Shown: positions 48,784 to 58,417 of the stretch, one piece after another
Position numbering within the stretch: position 1 is the stretch's first letter
How the letters are laid out: the number at the start of each line of letters is the position of its first letter
Assembly (NCBI GenBank): GCA_963815215.1
Contig: CAWFFU010000009.1
Span: forward strand, 90,019-154,018
Length of the DNA stretch: 64,000 nucleotides
Direction of reading: 5' to 3'
From: an uncultured Trueperaceae bacterium
GTDB lineage: Bacteria > Deinococcota > Deinococci > Deinococcales > Trueperaceae
Program-made: the position numbers and the translations under genes
Notes under the pieces: model-generated
Told to the model about the DNA's origin: nothing
The model's database searches: none
What the model saw: the letters and a program-made list of their open reading frames with translations, nothing else

Positions 48784-49533
48784 TCAACCTGCCGTGTTCC
48801 CGCCGTCCACCGGCAGGGTCGCGCCGGTGATGAAGCTCGCTGCGTCGCTGGCCAGGAAGGCGATCGCCTCGGCCACCTCCTCGGGCCGGCCCACGCGCCC
48901 CAGCGGCAGCGCGCTGCCGATCGCGGCCAGCCCTGCGCTCGGGTCGTCATTCTCGAAGTAGCCCGCCTCGCGCCAGCGTTCGACGTAGGTGTCGCCGGGG
49001 CACACCGCGTTCACTCGGATGTTCTCGCCGGCGTGGTCGAGCGCCATGGCGCGGGTGAGCTGCACCACGGCGCCCTTGCTGGCGCAATAGGCGGCGGCGC
49101 GCGGCCCGCCGACGAGCCCGAAGTCCGAAGCGTTGTTGACGATGACGCCGCCCCCGCGACTGCGTAGCTCGGGCAGCACCAGCCTGCTCATGCGCCACAC
49201 CGCGGTGACGTTCAGCTCGAAGACCTGCGCCCACGTCGCCTCGCTGGTCTGTTCGGCAGTGCCCTGGACGACGATGCCGGCGTTGTTCACGAGGATGTCG
49301 AGCCCGCCGAGGGCGGCGCTCGCATCGCGCACGGCGGCCTCGCAGTCCTCGGAGCGTGTGTGGTCGGCCGCCACGTAGACGCCGCCGATGTCGTCGGCGA
49401 GCGCTTCGCCGAGCGCCCGTCGGCGTCCGGTGAACGCCACCCGGGCGCCCCGGCGCGCGAAGAGGCGGACCGTCGCCTCGCCGATACCGCTGGTGCCGCC
49501 GGTGACGAGCGCGGCCTTGCCATCGAGGTTCAT
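48784..49533 (-). CDS. Classical short-chain dehydrogenase/reductase
   Basis: TGGTSGIG, NNAG, YCASK, IRVNAVCPG, VDGG. Confidence 0.93.
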   Translation of the reverse strand: MNLDGKAALVTGGTSGIGEATVRLFARRGARVAFTGRRRALGEALADDIGGVYVAADHTRSEDCEAAVRDASAALGGLDILVNNAGIVVQGTAEQTSEATWAQVFELNVTAVWRMSRLVLPELRSRGGGVIVNNASDFGLVGGPRAAAYCASKGAVVQLTRAMALDHAGENIRVNAVCPGDTYVERWREAGYFENDDPSAGLAAIGSALPLGRVGRPEEVAEAIAFLASDAASFITGATLPVDGGNTAG

Positions 49534-49766
49534 GCATGACTATACCGTCGTGCCGGTGCCGCACCGATCGAGGGCCGCAGCCGGAGCGTGTGGGTGACGG
49601 CAGATAGTACCTCTCCCCGGGCCGGAGCGGAAGATCCACGACTTGTTGCGCGCCGCGCGCTTCGTGATAATGTACGTTCCATCCATCTACGGGGGGCCTG
49701 CGCCCGCGCCGCAGAAGCGGTTGCCCGCGAAGGCTCAGATCCGTTCTGAACCGGGGAGGACGCCGG

Positions 49767-50564
49767 TTGACGTTGCATGTGGTAACTGCTGGAGGCGCGC
49801 CGCTGCTGTCCGTACGGGACCTCAGCAAGTCGTTCCATGGCCTGCGAGCGCTCAACGAGCACGCCCTGAGCGTCCGCGCCGGGGATCTGGTGGGCGTGAT
49901 CGGGCCCAACGGCTCCGGCAAGACGACGCTGTTCAACCTGATCTCCGGCTTCGCGCGTCCCGACGAGGGCTCCATCCGCTTCGGCGGGCACGAGCTCACC
50001 CGCATGCGCCCGCCGGGCATCGCGCGACTGGGGGTGTCCCGCACCTTCCAGGGGAGCCGGGTGTGCGCCAGTCTGAGCGTGCTCGAGAACGTCGAGGCGG
50101 CCGCCCAGCGGCTGTTCCCGGTCACGCTGCTGGACGCCGGTCTCGGCACGCCTCGCTACCGTCGCGCGCTGGCCGGGACCGAAGCGCTCAGTCTGGAGCT
50201 GCTGGAGCTGGTGGGCCTGGAGGCCAACGCCGAGGACCTCGCCGGCTCGCTCGCCTACGGCGACCAGCGGCGGTTGGAGATCGCCCGCGCCCTCGCCAGC
50301 CGCCCCAGCCTGCTGTTGCTCGACGAGCCCGCCGCCGGTATGGATGCCGGCGAGACCCGGCGCCTGACCGAGCTCATCCGCCGCATCCGCGACCGCTTCG
50401 AGCTGGCGGTGGTGGTCATCGAGCACGACATGGACCTGGTGATGAACTTGTGCGAGCGCATCCAGGTGCTCGCCTACGGGGAGCTCATCTGCGAGGGCGA
50501 TCCCGAGACGGTCCAGCGCGACCCGAAGGTCCTGGAAGCCTACCTGGGGACCTCCGATGCCTGA
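49767..50564 (+). CDS. livG: Branched-chain amino acid-type ABC ATP-binding protein (LivG-like)
   Basis: GPNGSGKTT, RTFQ, LAYGDQRRLEIARA, LDEPAAG, IEHDM, V.EAYLG. Confidence 0.88.
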   Translation: MTLHVVTAGGAPLLSVRDLSKSFHGLRALNEHALSVRAGDLVGVIGPNGSGKTTLFNLISGFARPDEGSIRFGGHELTRMRPPGIARLGVSRTFQGSRVCASLSVLENVEAAAQRLFPVTLLDAGLGTPRYRRALAGTEALSLELLELVGLEANAEDLAGSLAYGDQRRLEIARALASRPSLLLLDEPAAGMDAGETRRLTELIRRIRDRFELAVVVIEHDMDLVMNLCERIQVLAYGELICEGDPETVQRDPKVLEAYLGTSDA

Positions 50565-51276
50565 GATGCTGACGCTCCAGGGGCTCCACGTGCGCTACGG
50601 TCCGGTGGCCGCCCTCAAGGGCATCGACCTGGCCATCGACGAGGGCGAGGCCGTGGCGCTGCTGGGAGCCAACGGCGCCGGCAAAAGCACCACGCTGCGT
50701 GCCATCTCTGGCATCGTCCGCCCGCGCGAAGGGGCGGTGCGCTACCGCGGGCGCCCCATCCACCAGCTCGATCCCGGCGACATCGTCCAGCTGGGGGTGG
50801 CCCACTGTCCGGAGGGCCGGCGCGTGTTCGCCGGCATGACCGTCCTGGAGAACCTGCGGCTGGGGGCGGGGCGCCGCCGCGACGAGGGCGGCATCCGCGA
50901 GGACCTGGAGCGCATGACCGAGCTGTTTCCCGTGCTCGGGGAACGCAGGCAGCAACGGGCCGGCACTCTGTCGGGCGGGGAGCAGCAGATGCTCGCCATC
51001 GCGCGCGCTCTGATGAGCCGGCCGCGCCTGCTGCTGCTCGACGAGCCCTCGCTCGGGCTGGCGCCGCTGCTCGTGAAGACGATCTTCGAGACCCTGGCCG
51101 AGCTCAAACGGCAGGGCGTGACGCTGCTGCTGGTGGAGCAGAACGCGCGCGTGGCGCTCGACTTGGTCGACCGCGCGCTGGTCCTGCGCACCGGCAACGT
51201 GGCCGCGGCCGGCAGCGCCGAGGAACTCAAGCGCGACCCGCAGGTCGTGGAGGCCTACCTGGGAGGTGGCCGGTGA
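50557..51276 (+). CDS. livF: Branched-chain amino acid-type ABC ATP-binding protein (LivF-like)
   Basis: GANGAGKST, PEGRRVF, LSGGEQQMLA, LDEPSLGLAP, VEQN. Confidence 0.9.
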   Translation: MPEMLTLQGLHVRYGPVAALKGIDLAIDEGEAVALLGANGAGKSTTLRAISGIVRPREGAVRYRGRPIHQLDPGDIVQLGVAHCPEGRRVFAGMTVLENLRLGAGRRRDEGGIREDLERMTELFPVLGERRQQRAGTLSGGEQQMLAIARALMSRPRLLLLDEPSLGLAPLLVKTIFETLAELKRQGVTLLLVEQNARVALDLVDRALVLRTGNVAAAGSAEELKRDPQVVEAYLGGGR

Positions 51277-52175
51277 ACGTCGTCGACTACGTCGTCCAAC
51301 AGGCGATCAACGCCGTCAGTCTCGGCTCCCTCTACGCGCTCATCGCGGTGGGCCTGTCGCTGGTGTTCGGCATCCTCAATCTCATCAACTTCGCCCACGG
51401 CGACATGATGATGGTCGGGGCCTTCGCTGCGCTGGTGCTTCAGGGCTCCGGCGTGCCCTTCCCCATCGCGCTGCTCGGGGGCATCGCCGCCGGCGGTCTC
51501 GCGGGCTACGCCATGGAGCGCGTGGCGTTCCGCCCGGTGCGGGGCACCGCCGACGTGACGGCGCTGCTGACGTCGTTGGGGGTGACCTACATCCTCGAGA
51601 ACCTCGGCATCCTGCTGTTCTCGGCGAGCCCCCGCAACTTCCCGCTGCCCGCCTGGCTCGGCCACGTCTACAAGCTCGCCGGGGGACGCATCACCTTCAC
51701 CAACATCAACGTCCTGACGCTGGCGTTCTCGCTGCTGGCGTTCGTGTTCCTGTACTGGTTCGTCACCCGGACACGTATCGGCCTCGGCATGCGGGCCACC
51801 GCCGAGGATCTCACGGCCGCGCGCCTGGTGGCGGTCCGCGTCAACGCGGTGATCGTGGTCGCGTTCGTGCTGGCCTCCTCGTTCGCGGGGCTCGCGGGCA
51901 TGCTGTGGGCGGCGCAGGTCGGGGTGGCCTACCCGCTGATGGGCTTCACGCCCATGCTCAAGTCGTTCATCGCGGCCATCATCGGGGGCTTCGGCAGCAT
52001 CGGCGGCGCCCTCATCGGGGGCTACGTGCTGGGTGCGCTGGAGATCGCCATCGTGGCCTTCCTCCCCGCCTCGGTGTCGCCCTACCGTGACGCGGTGGTC
52101 TTCACGCTGCTGATCGTGTTGTTGCTGTTCCGCCCCGGCGGGATCATGCAGGTGCGCCAGGAGGTGAAGCTGTGA
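51273..52175 (+). CDS. livH: Branched-chain amino acid-type ABC permease (LivH-like)
   Basis: GSLYALIAVG..LVFGIL..INFAHG, IIGG.GS. Confidence 0.9.
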   Translation: MNVVDYVVQQAINAVSLGSLYALIAVGLSLVFGILNLINFAHGDMMMVGAFAALVLQGSGVPFPIALLGGIAAGGLAGYAMERVAFRPVRGTADVTALLTSLGVTYILENLGILLFSASPRNFPLPAWLGHVYKLAGGRITFTNINVLTLAFSLLAFVFLYWFVTRTRIGLGMRATAEDLTAARLVAVRVNAVIVVAFVLASSFAGLAGMLWAAQVGVAYPLMGFTPMLKSFIAAIIGGFGSIGGALIGGYVLGALEIAIVAFLPASVSPYRDAVVFTLLIVLLLFRPGGIMQVRQEVKL

Positions 52176-53215
52176 GGTACGGCCGGCTGATCCTCTTCGC
52201 CGTCGCGCTGGCGGCGGTAGGGCTGTTCGCCCCGCACCTCGGCGAGTACCCGCTGAGGGTGGTGATCGTGATGGGCATCGAGGTCGTGATGGTGACGTCG
52301 ATGGCGCTGTCGAACGGGTTCACCGGCGTGTTCTCGCTCGGACACGTGGGGTTCATCGCGCTCGGCGCCTACGGCTCCGCCATCCTGTCGCTCCCCGTCA
52401 CCGCCAAACACGCCTACCTGCGGGACCTGCCGGGCTTCCTGGCGCACTTCAGCCTGCCGTTCCTGCCGGCCACCCTCGCCGCCGGCGCGCTGTGCGTGGT
52501 GGTGGCGTTCCTGGTGGGACTGCCACTGTTGCGCCTGTCGGGGCACTACGTCACTGTGGCGACGCTTGGCCTGCTGGTCATCGTGAACGTGGTGCTCGTC
52601 AACGCCGATGCCTTCACGCGCGGAGCCCGCACCTTCACGGGGGTGCTGCCGTACACCAACCTGTGGTGGGTGCTGGGCTGGGTGGCGGTCACCTGGCTGG
52701 TCAGCTCGCGCATCGCCTACTCGCCGTTCGGGCGCGCTATGCGGGTGAGCCGCGAGGACCTGGTGACGGCCGAGGCGGTGGGCATCGACATCCTGCCGAC
52801 GCGCATGACGGCGTTCGTGGTCAGCGCCTTCTTCTCTGGGGTGGCGGGCGCGCTCTACGCGCACTACCTCACCTCGTTCTCGCCGCAGGCCTTCTACTTC
52901 CCGTTGATGATCCACCTGATCGTGATGCTGGTGGTCGGCGGCATGGCCAGCCTCACCGGCGCCAGCGTCGGCGTGGTGGTGATCACGCTGCTCTCCGAGA
53001 CGCTGCGCAACCTCGAGCGCGGCTTCCACGTCGGCGCGTTGCACGTGCCGCCGCTGTATGGCGCCGCCCAGATCACGCTCGGCGTGGTGTTCATCCTCAT
53101 CATGATCTTCCGCCCTCAGGGCCTTCTGGGAGATCGCGAGCTCGTCCTCGTCCCGAGGAGCCGGCGAACACGTCTCGCCGGCACGTCCCCGGAGGAAACG
53201 GAGGTACAGGTATGA
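52172..53215 (+). CDS. livM: Branched-chain amino acid-type ABC permease (LivM-like)
   Basis: GFTG.FSLGH..F..LGAY, LRLSGHY, FRPQGL. Confidence 0.88.
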   Translation: MRYGRLILFAVALAAVGLFAPHLGEYPLRVVIVMGIEVVMVTSMALSNGFTGVFSLGHVGFIALGAYGSAILSLPVTAKHAYLRDLPGFLAHFSLPFLPATLAAGALCVVVAFLVGLPLLRLSGHYVTVATLGLLVIVNVVLVNADAFTRGARTFTGVLPYTNLWWVLGWVAVTWLVSSRIAYSPFGRAMRVSREDLVTAEAVGIDILPTRMTAFVVSAFFSGVAGALYAHYLTSFSPQAFYFPLMIHLIVMLVVGGMASLTGASVGVVVITLLSETLRNLERGFHVGALHVPPLYGAAQITLGVVFILIMIFRPQGLLGDRELVLVPRSRRTRLAGTSPEETEVQV

Positions 53216-54369
53216 AGTTCGTTCGTCCCCTGATGGTGGCGGTCGCGGCGGCAGCGCTGGCGGGTGCCGCCCTGGCACAGGAGCCGATCAAGATCGGCGG
53301 CGCCTTCAACATGACCGGTGCGCTGGCCTCGCTCGACGTGCCGGCGGCCAACGGCGCCAAGCTGGCGGCCAAGGAGATCGATGCCGCCGGCGGCGTCCTC
53401 GGACGCCCGCTGGAGCTGGTCCTGTACGACGGCAAGACCGACCCGGCGACGATCACCAACATCGCCACCCAGATGATCAGCGGCGATCACGTGGTGGCCA
53501 TCACGGGCTTCACCGACTCCGACTCCGCGCTGGCGCTCGGTCCCATCGCGCAGCGCAACAAGATCCCGTTCGTGACCGCGGGCGCTACCTCGCCCCTGCT
53601 GCCCACCCAGATCGGCGACTACATGTTCCTGGAGCCGTTCGGGGACAACGTGCAGGCGGCCGTGGGGGCCGAGTTCGCGATGAAGAAGTTCGGCTCCAAG
53701 GCCTACCTGCTGTACGACAAGGCGACGGAGTACACCAACCTGCTGGCCGGTTACTTCAAGGACGCCTTCACCCACAACGGCGGGACGGTGTTGCTGGAGG
53801 ACAGCTACAAGTCCGGCGACACTTCCTACTCGGCCCAGATCACCAAGCTCAAGGCGCTCTCCACGCAGCCCGACTTCCTGTACGTCTCGGCCATGCCCGA
53901 TGACATCGGGACGATCGTGAAGCAGGTCCGCCAGGCCGGCATCGACCTGCCGATCATCGGCGGCGACGGCTACGACACGCCGCTGCTGGTGCAGGTGGCG
54001 GGCCCGGCGTCGAACGACGTGTACTTCACCACCCACGCCCTGATGACGACCGACAGCACCCCCGCCGTCGCCAAGTTCATCGCGGCCTACCAGGCGGAGT
54101 ACGGCAAGCCCCCCGAGAACGCCTTCGCGGCGCTCGGTTACGACTCCGTGTACTTGATCGCCCACGCCATCCAGGCCGCCAACTCGACCGATCCCACCAA
54201 GATCCGCGACGCCTTGCAGGCGACCAAGGACCTGCCGGGTGTGACCGGCGCAATCAGCTACGTCGACGGCAAGCGCGTGCCCCAGAAGCAGGTCACCGTC
54301 ATCGGCGTGAAGGATCAGAAGCTCTATCTCGCGGCCCAGGAGGCCCCGAGCTACATCCCCACGCCCTGA
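53212..54369 (+). CDS. Leu/Ile/Val-type ABC substrate-binding protein
   Basis: GGAGG RBS; signal peptide ALAQ; PIKIG, GGVLGRPLEL, GYD, GVTG.I. Confidence 0.9.
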   Translation: MKFVRPLMVAVAAAALAGAALAQEPIKIGGAFNMTGALASLDVPAANGAKLAAKEIDAAGGVLGRPLELVLYDGKTDPATITNIATQMISGDHVVAITGFTDSDSALALGPIAQRNKIPFVTAGATSPLLPTQIGDYMFLEPFGDNVQAAVGAEFAMKKFGSKAYLLYDKATEYTNLLAGYFKDAFTHNGGTVLLEDSYKSGDTSYSAQITKLKALSTQPDFLYVSAMPDDIGTIVKQVRQAGIDLPIIGGDGYDTPLLVQVAGPASNDVYFTTHALMTTDSTPAVAKFIAAYQAEYGKPPENAFAALGYDSVYLIAHAIQAANSTDPTKIRDALQATKDLPGVTGAISYVDGKRVPQKQVTVIGVKDQKLYLAAQEAPSYIPTP

Positions 54370-54384
54370 GCCCCGCCACGACCG

Positions 54385-54412
54385 GCCGCCCGATCCCGGA
54401 GGATCGGGCGGC
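54385..54412. terminator. Stem-loop after SBP gene (12-bp stem)
   Basis: GCCGCCCGATCC-CGGA-GGATCGGGCGGC followed by TCTCTCTA. Confidence 0.6.
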
Positions 54413-54453
54413 TCTCTCTACGGATGATCGAGGCCCTAGGATCTGGAGGCACC

Positions 54454-55785
54454 ATGAAGGACGCCACCTACCACCTCCTGCGCGCCCTGGGGGTGAAGTA
54501 CGTCCGCTTCGTCACGAGCGGCAACAGCAACGTCATCCGGGGCAAGGGGGTGGCCATCGAGTCGCTGCGCGACGTCTGGGAGGGCGGGGTCGGCTTCACG
54601 CAGGCCTTGCAGGCGCTGCCGGTGATGTACGACGCGGTGGTCGGCGAGAGCGGGCTGGGCCCCGTGGGCGAGGCCTACCTCGTCGCCGACTGGTCCACCC
54701 TGCGGCCGCTCGCCTACGCTCCCAGCCACGCCCGCGTCTTCGGCGACTTCCACGTCGGCGGGCAGCCCTGGGCGTACTGCTCGCGGAGCTTCCTCAAGCG
54801 CATGCTGGCCGAGGTCGACGCCGCGGGCTACGCGCTGCAGGCGGGCTACGAGTACGAGTTCATGGTGCTCCGCGACCGCCACGGCCTGGAACCCATCGAC
54901 GACACCGTGTTCGCCGCCACCCAGGGAACCGATGTCGCCGTCGATCTCATCGACGACATCCACGACGCGCTCGCGTTGCAGGGCATCGCGGTCGAGCAGC
55001 ACTACTCCGAATCCGCGCCGGGCCAGCACGAGCTGGCCATCGAGCCCGGCGACCCGCTGTCGGCCGCCGACGGAAACCTGGCGGTGCGCGAGGCGGTGCG
55101 CGCGCTCGCGCGCGAGCACGGCTGGGTCGCCTCGTTCCTGCCGAAGATCATCGAGAACGCGGCGGGCAACGGCTGCCACCTCAACCTCTCGCTCTGGCAG
55201 GACGGACACAACGTCGTCCGGGACGCCTCGCGCCCCCACGAGCTGTCCGAGGCGGCGGAGGCGTTCATGGCGGGGATGCTCGAGCACCTGCCCGCCCTGA
55301 TGGCGATCACCGTCGCCAGCGCCAATTCCTACCGTCGCATCCGCCCCCACTTCTGGAGCGGCGCGTTCCGCACCTGGGGCAAGGACAACCGCGAGGCCGC
55401 GGTGCGCCTGCCCACCGGACGCTTCGGCCATGGCCCCAACCACTTCGAGCTCAAGACCCACGACGCGACCGCCAACCCCTACCTCGCCATGGGCGCCGTG
55501 CTGGCCGCCGGCCTGGACGGTCTGAAGCGGGGCTTGCGCCTGCCCGACCCGGTGCAGGGCGATCCCGGACTGCTCAGTGACGCCGAGCGCAAGGCGCGCG
55601 CCGTGGAAGCGCTCCCCACCGATCCGGAGGTGGCCCTGCGGCGCCTCGAGGAGGACGAGGTGCTGACGGGCGCGATCGGCGCCGATCTCGCGCGCTCCTA
55701 CATCGCCGTGAAACTCAACGAGTGGGAGGCCACCAAGGATATGCCGCTCCAGGAGCAGGCCGCGCTCCTGCTGGAGCGCTATTGA
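54454..55785 (+). CDS. Glutamine synthetase-like gamma-glutamyl ligase (FluG/NodGS C-terminal-like)
   Basis: GYEYEF, ESAPGQHE, AGNGCHLNLSL, NSYRRI.P, WG.DNRE, HFELK..DATANPYL; GGAGG RBS. Confidence 0.88.
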   Translation: MKDATYHLLRALGVKYVRFVTSGNSNVIRGKGVAIESLRDVWEGGVGFTQALQALPVMYDAVVGESGLGPVGEAYLVADWSTLRPLAYAPSHARVFGDFHVGGQPWAYCSRSFLKRMLAEVDAAGYALQAGYEYEFMVLRDRHGLEPIDDTVFAATQGTDVAVDLIDDIHDALALQGIAVEQHYSESAPGQHELAIEPGDPLSAADGNLAVREAVRALAREHGWVASFLPKIIENAAGNGCHLNLSLWQDGHNVVRDASRPHELSEAAEAFMAGMLEHLPALMAITVASANSYRRIRPHFWSGAFRTWGKDNREAAVRLPTGRFGHGPNHFELKTHDATANPYLAMGAVLAAGLDGLKRGLRLPDPVQGDPGLLSDAERKARAVEALPTDPEVALRRLEEDEVLTGAIGADLARSYIAVKLNEWEATKDMPLQEQAALLLERY

Positions 55786-56900
55786 TGGACCTGTCCGGTA
55801 TCCCCGTGGTCGACCACCACGCGCACAACATCGCGCTGGACGCCGTGATCCGGCGGACTCCGTACGCCGCACCCTTCACCGAGGCGCTCGCCCCGGAGAC
55901 GGTGGCGCGCTACGCGCCCGACCTGCTGGCCTACCGCCGCAGCCTGCGCGACCTCGGCGAGCTGTTCGGCGTCGAACCCGAGGAGGAGGCGCTGCTCGGC
56001 GTGCGCGAGCGCCTCGGGCTGGAGGACACCACCCGCCGCTGCTTCGAGGCGGCCGGCATGGAAGCGCTGTTCCTCGACGACGGCTTCATGGAGGGGCAGC
56101 TCCAGCCGATCGCCTGGCACGAGCGCTTCGTGACCACCCGGCGGGTGCTGCGGCTCGAGGTGCTGGCGCAGAGGCTGATGGCCGACGCGCCCGACCTCGA
56201 GAGCTTCCTGGAGGCGTTCCGCGCGGCGCTGCGGCCGGCGCCCGAGAACGTGGTGGGGTTCAAGAGCATCGCCGCCTACCGGACCGGTCTCGCCATCGCG
56301 CCTGTCGATCCGGGCGAGGCGCGTGAGCGCTTCCGCGCCGTCAAGCAGGCGAAGGGCGGCGGGCCGCTGCGGCTCGAGGACAAGGTGCTGGTGGACCTGG
56401 TGGTGCGCGAGGGGTTGACGGCGGCGGCGGAGCAGGAGCTGCCGGTGCAGTTCCACACGGGCTTCGGCGATCCCGACCTGGACCTGCGGCTCGCCAACCC
56501 GCTGCACCTGCGGCCGTTGATCGAGGACCCCGCCCTGGCGGGCGCGCGCTTCGTGCTACTGCACGCGTCGTATCCCTACGCGCGCGAGGCCGGCTACCTG
56601 GCCGCCATGTACCCGCAGGTGTTCCTGGACTACGGCCTGGCGGTGCCGTGCCTGAGCGTGCAGGGCATGCGGCGGACGGTGGCGATGCTGCTCGAGCTGG
56701 CGCCGCCCAGCAAGGTGCTGTACTCCTCGGACGCGCACATCGTGCCCGAGCTCTACGCGGTCTGCGGCAAGTGGGGCCGGCGCGTGCTGGCCGACGTGCT
56801 GGAGGGAGCCGTGGCCGACGGCGACCTCAACGCGCGCGAAGCCGACGCGGCGGCGGAAGCGGTGCTCTCGGGCAACGCCCACCGCCTCTACCGCTGGTGA
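55785..56900 (+). CDS. Amidohydrolase_2 family protein (FluG/NodGS N-terminal-like)
   Basis: VDHHAH, FKSIAAYRTGL, QFHTGFGDPDL, LLHASYPY.REAGYLA, YSSDAH. Confidence 0.88.
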   Translation: MDLSGIPVVDHHAHNIALDAVIRRTPYAAPFTEALAPETVARYAPDLLAYRRSLRDLGELFGVEPEEEALLGVRERLGLEDTTRRCFEAAGMEALFLDDGFMEGQLQPIAWHERFVTTRRVLRLEVLAQRLMADAPDLESFLEAFRAALRPAPENVVGFKSIAAYRTGLAIAPVDPGEARERFRAVKQAKGGGPLRLEDKVLVDLVVREGLTAAAEQELPVQFHTGFGDPDLDLRLANPLHLRPLIEDPALAGARFVLLHASYPYAREAGYLAAMYPQVFLDYGLAVPCLSVQGMRRTVAMLLELAPPSKVLYSSDAHIVPELYAVCGKWGRRVLADVLEGAVADGDLNAREADAAAEAVLSGNAHRLYRW

Positions 56901-56976
56901 GGCGGCCGCCTCTATCATTGGTGAGGCGGGTATGCGGCGGGGGCCTCCCGGTCGCTCGCTGTAGGATCGACCCGAG

Positions 56977-58138
56977 ATGATCGAGACCGCTGCCGTCGAC
57001 GACCTCCTGAAGCGCGCGCGCGAGCGCGAAGGCCTCTACCTCGAACACCTCGAGACGCTGGTGCGGATCGAGACGCCCAGCGGTCACCTAGCCGGGGCTG
57101 GAGCGCGCCGCCGGCTGGATGGCCGACGCCTTCGCCGCCGTGGGCGAGGTCGAGCGCGAGGCCACGCCGGCGGGGCCCCTGCTGAAGGTGCGGGCGCCGG
57201 GGCGCGGCAGCAAGGTGCTGATGCTCGCGCACTACGACACGGTGCAGCCGGTGGGGTCCTGGCCGGAGCCGTGGCGCATCGACGGCGACCGTATCTTCGG
57301 GCCCGGCACCAACGACATGAAGGGCGGCCTGCTGTTCGCGCTGCACGCGCTGGCGCTGCTCGATCCGGAACGGCGCCCGAGCGTGGAGATCCTGCTCACC
57401 CCCGACGAGGAGGTGGGGAGCGAGGCGAGCCGGCCGCGCATCGAGGAGGCGGCGCTCCGCGCCGACGCTGTGCTGGTGCTGGAGGCGCCCACCAACGATG
57501 GCGATCCCAAGGTGGCCCGCAAGGGGCACGGGCACTACCGCATCACCGTGCACGGACGGGCCGCCCACCAGGGCGTGGAGCCGGAGAAGGGCGTGAACGC
57601 GGTGGTGGAGGCGGCGCACCAGGTGCTCGCGCTGGCCGGCATCGACGATCTGGACAAGGGCACGCGCCTGGGGGCCAACGTGATCCACGGCGGCACCGTC
57701 ATCAACGTGGTGGCGGACCGCGTCGAGATCGACATCGATGCGCGGGCATGGACCCTGGACGAGGGCGCGCGCGTGGACGCCGCGCTGCACGCGCTGACGC
57801 CGGTGCTTCCGGGAGCGCGCCTGGCGCTGGAGGGGAGCTTCGAGCGCCCGCCGATGGAGGCGCTCCCCGGCAGCCTGGCACTGTTCGAGCGGGTGGAGCG
57901 GATCGGCGCGGCGCTCGGGATCGAGCTCGCGCCCGGGCGCGTGGGCGGCGCTTCGGACGGCAACTTCAGCGCCGTGCTGGGGATCGCCACGCTGGATGGG
58001 TTGGGGCCCGTCGGTTTCGCCGACCACACCCGCGAGGAGCACATCCTGCGCTCGGCGATCCCGCAGCGCCTGGCCCTGCTCGCGGGGTTGCTCGCCGACC
58101 TGGCGGAGACGGGGTTCGGGACGGAACGCGGCGCATAG
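56977..58138 (+). CDS. M20 metallopeptidase (glutamate carboxypeptidase-like); apparent +1 frameshift at 57094-57097
   Basis: LVRIETPSG N-terminus joins LERAAGWMAD after removing one G; AHYDTV, GPGTNDMKGG, DEEVGS, LE, GASDGNF, DGLGP...H..EE. Confidence 0.85.
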
Positions 58139-58417
58139 CCCGCCTGAGCGCGCGTCGGCGGGAGCGCGCGGCGGCCCCGTCCCCGAGACCTCGCCTGAAC
58201 CGCTCCCGGACGGCGCCGGAACGCCGCTAGGCCGAGGACCAGAGTGAGGGCGCGCCTGAGCGCGCCCGTCCTCCTCGTCCTGCTGCCCCCCACGGTTTCG
58301 TTTGAAACGATACGCCTTCGAGGACGCGTTGCGTCAAATATCGGAGCAACGTCCGTCCGCGCGCGTTCCGGCGGCGCGCGATGCCGCGCGTCCTGGCGGC
58401 GGTCGATGCCGCTGGGC

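Noticed and set aside
54454..55785. Calling this gene glnA
   Set aside because: Lacks the canonical ammonium-site and adenylylation motifs; treated as a GS-like ligase.
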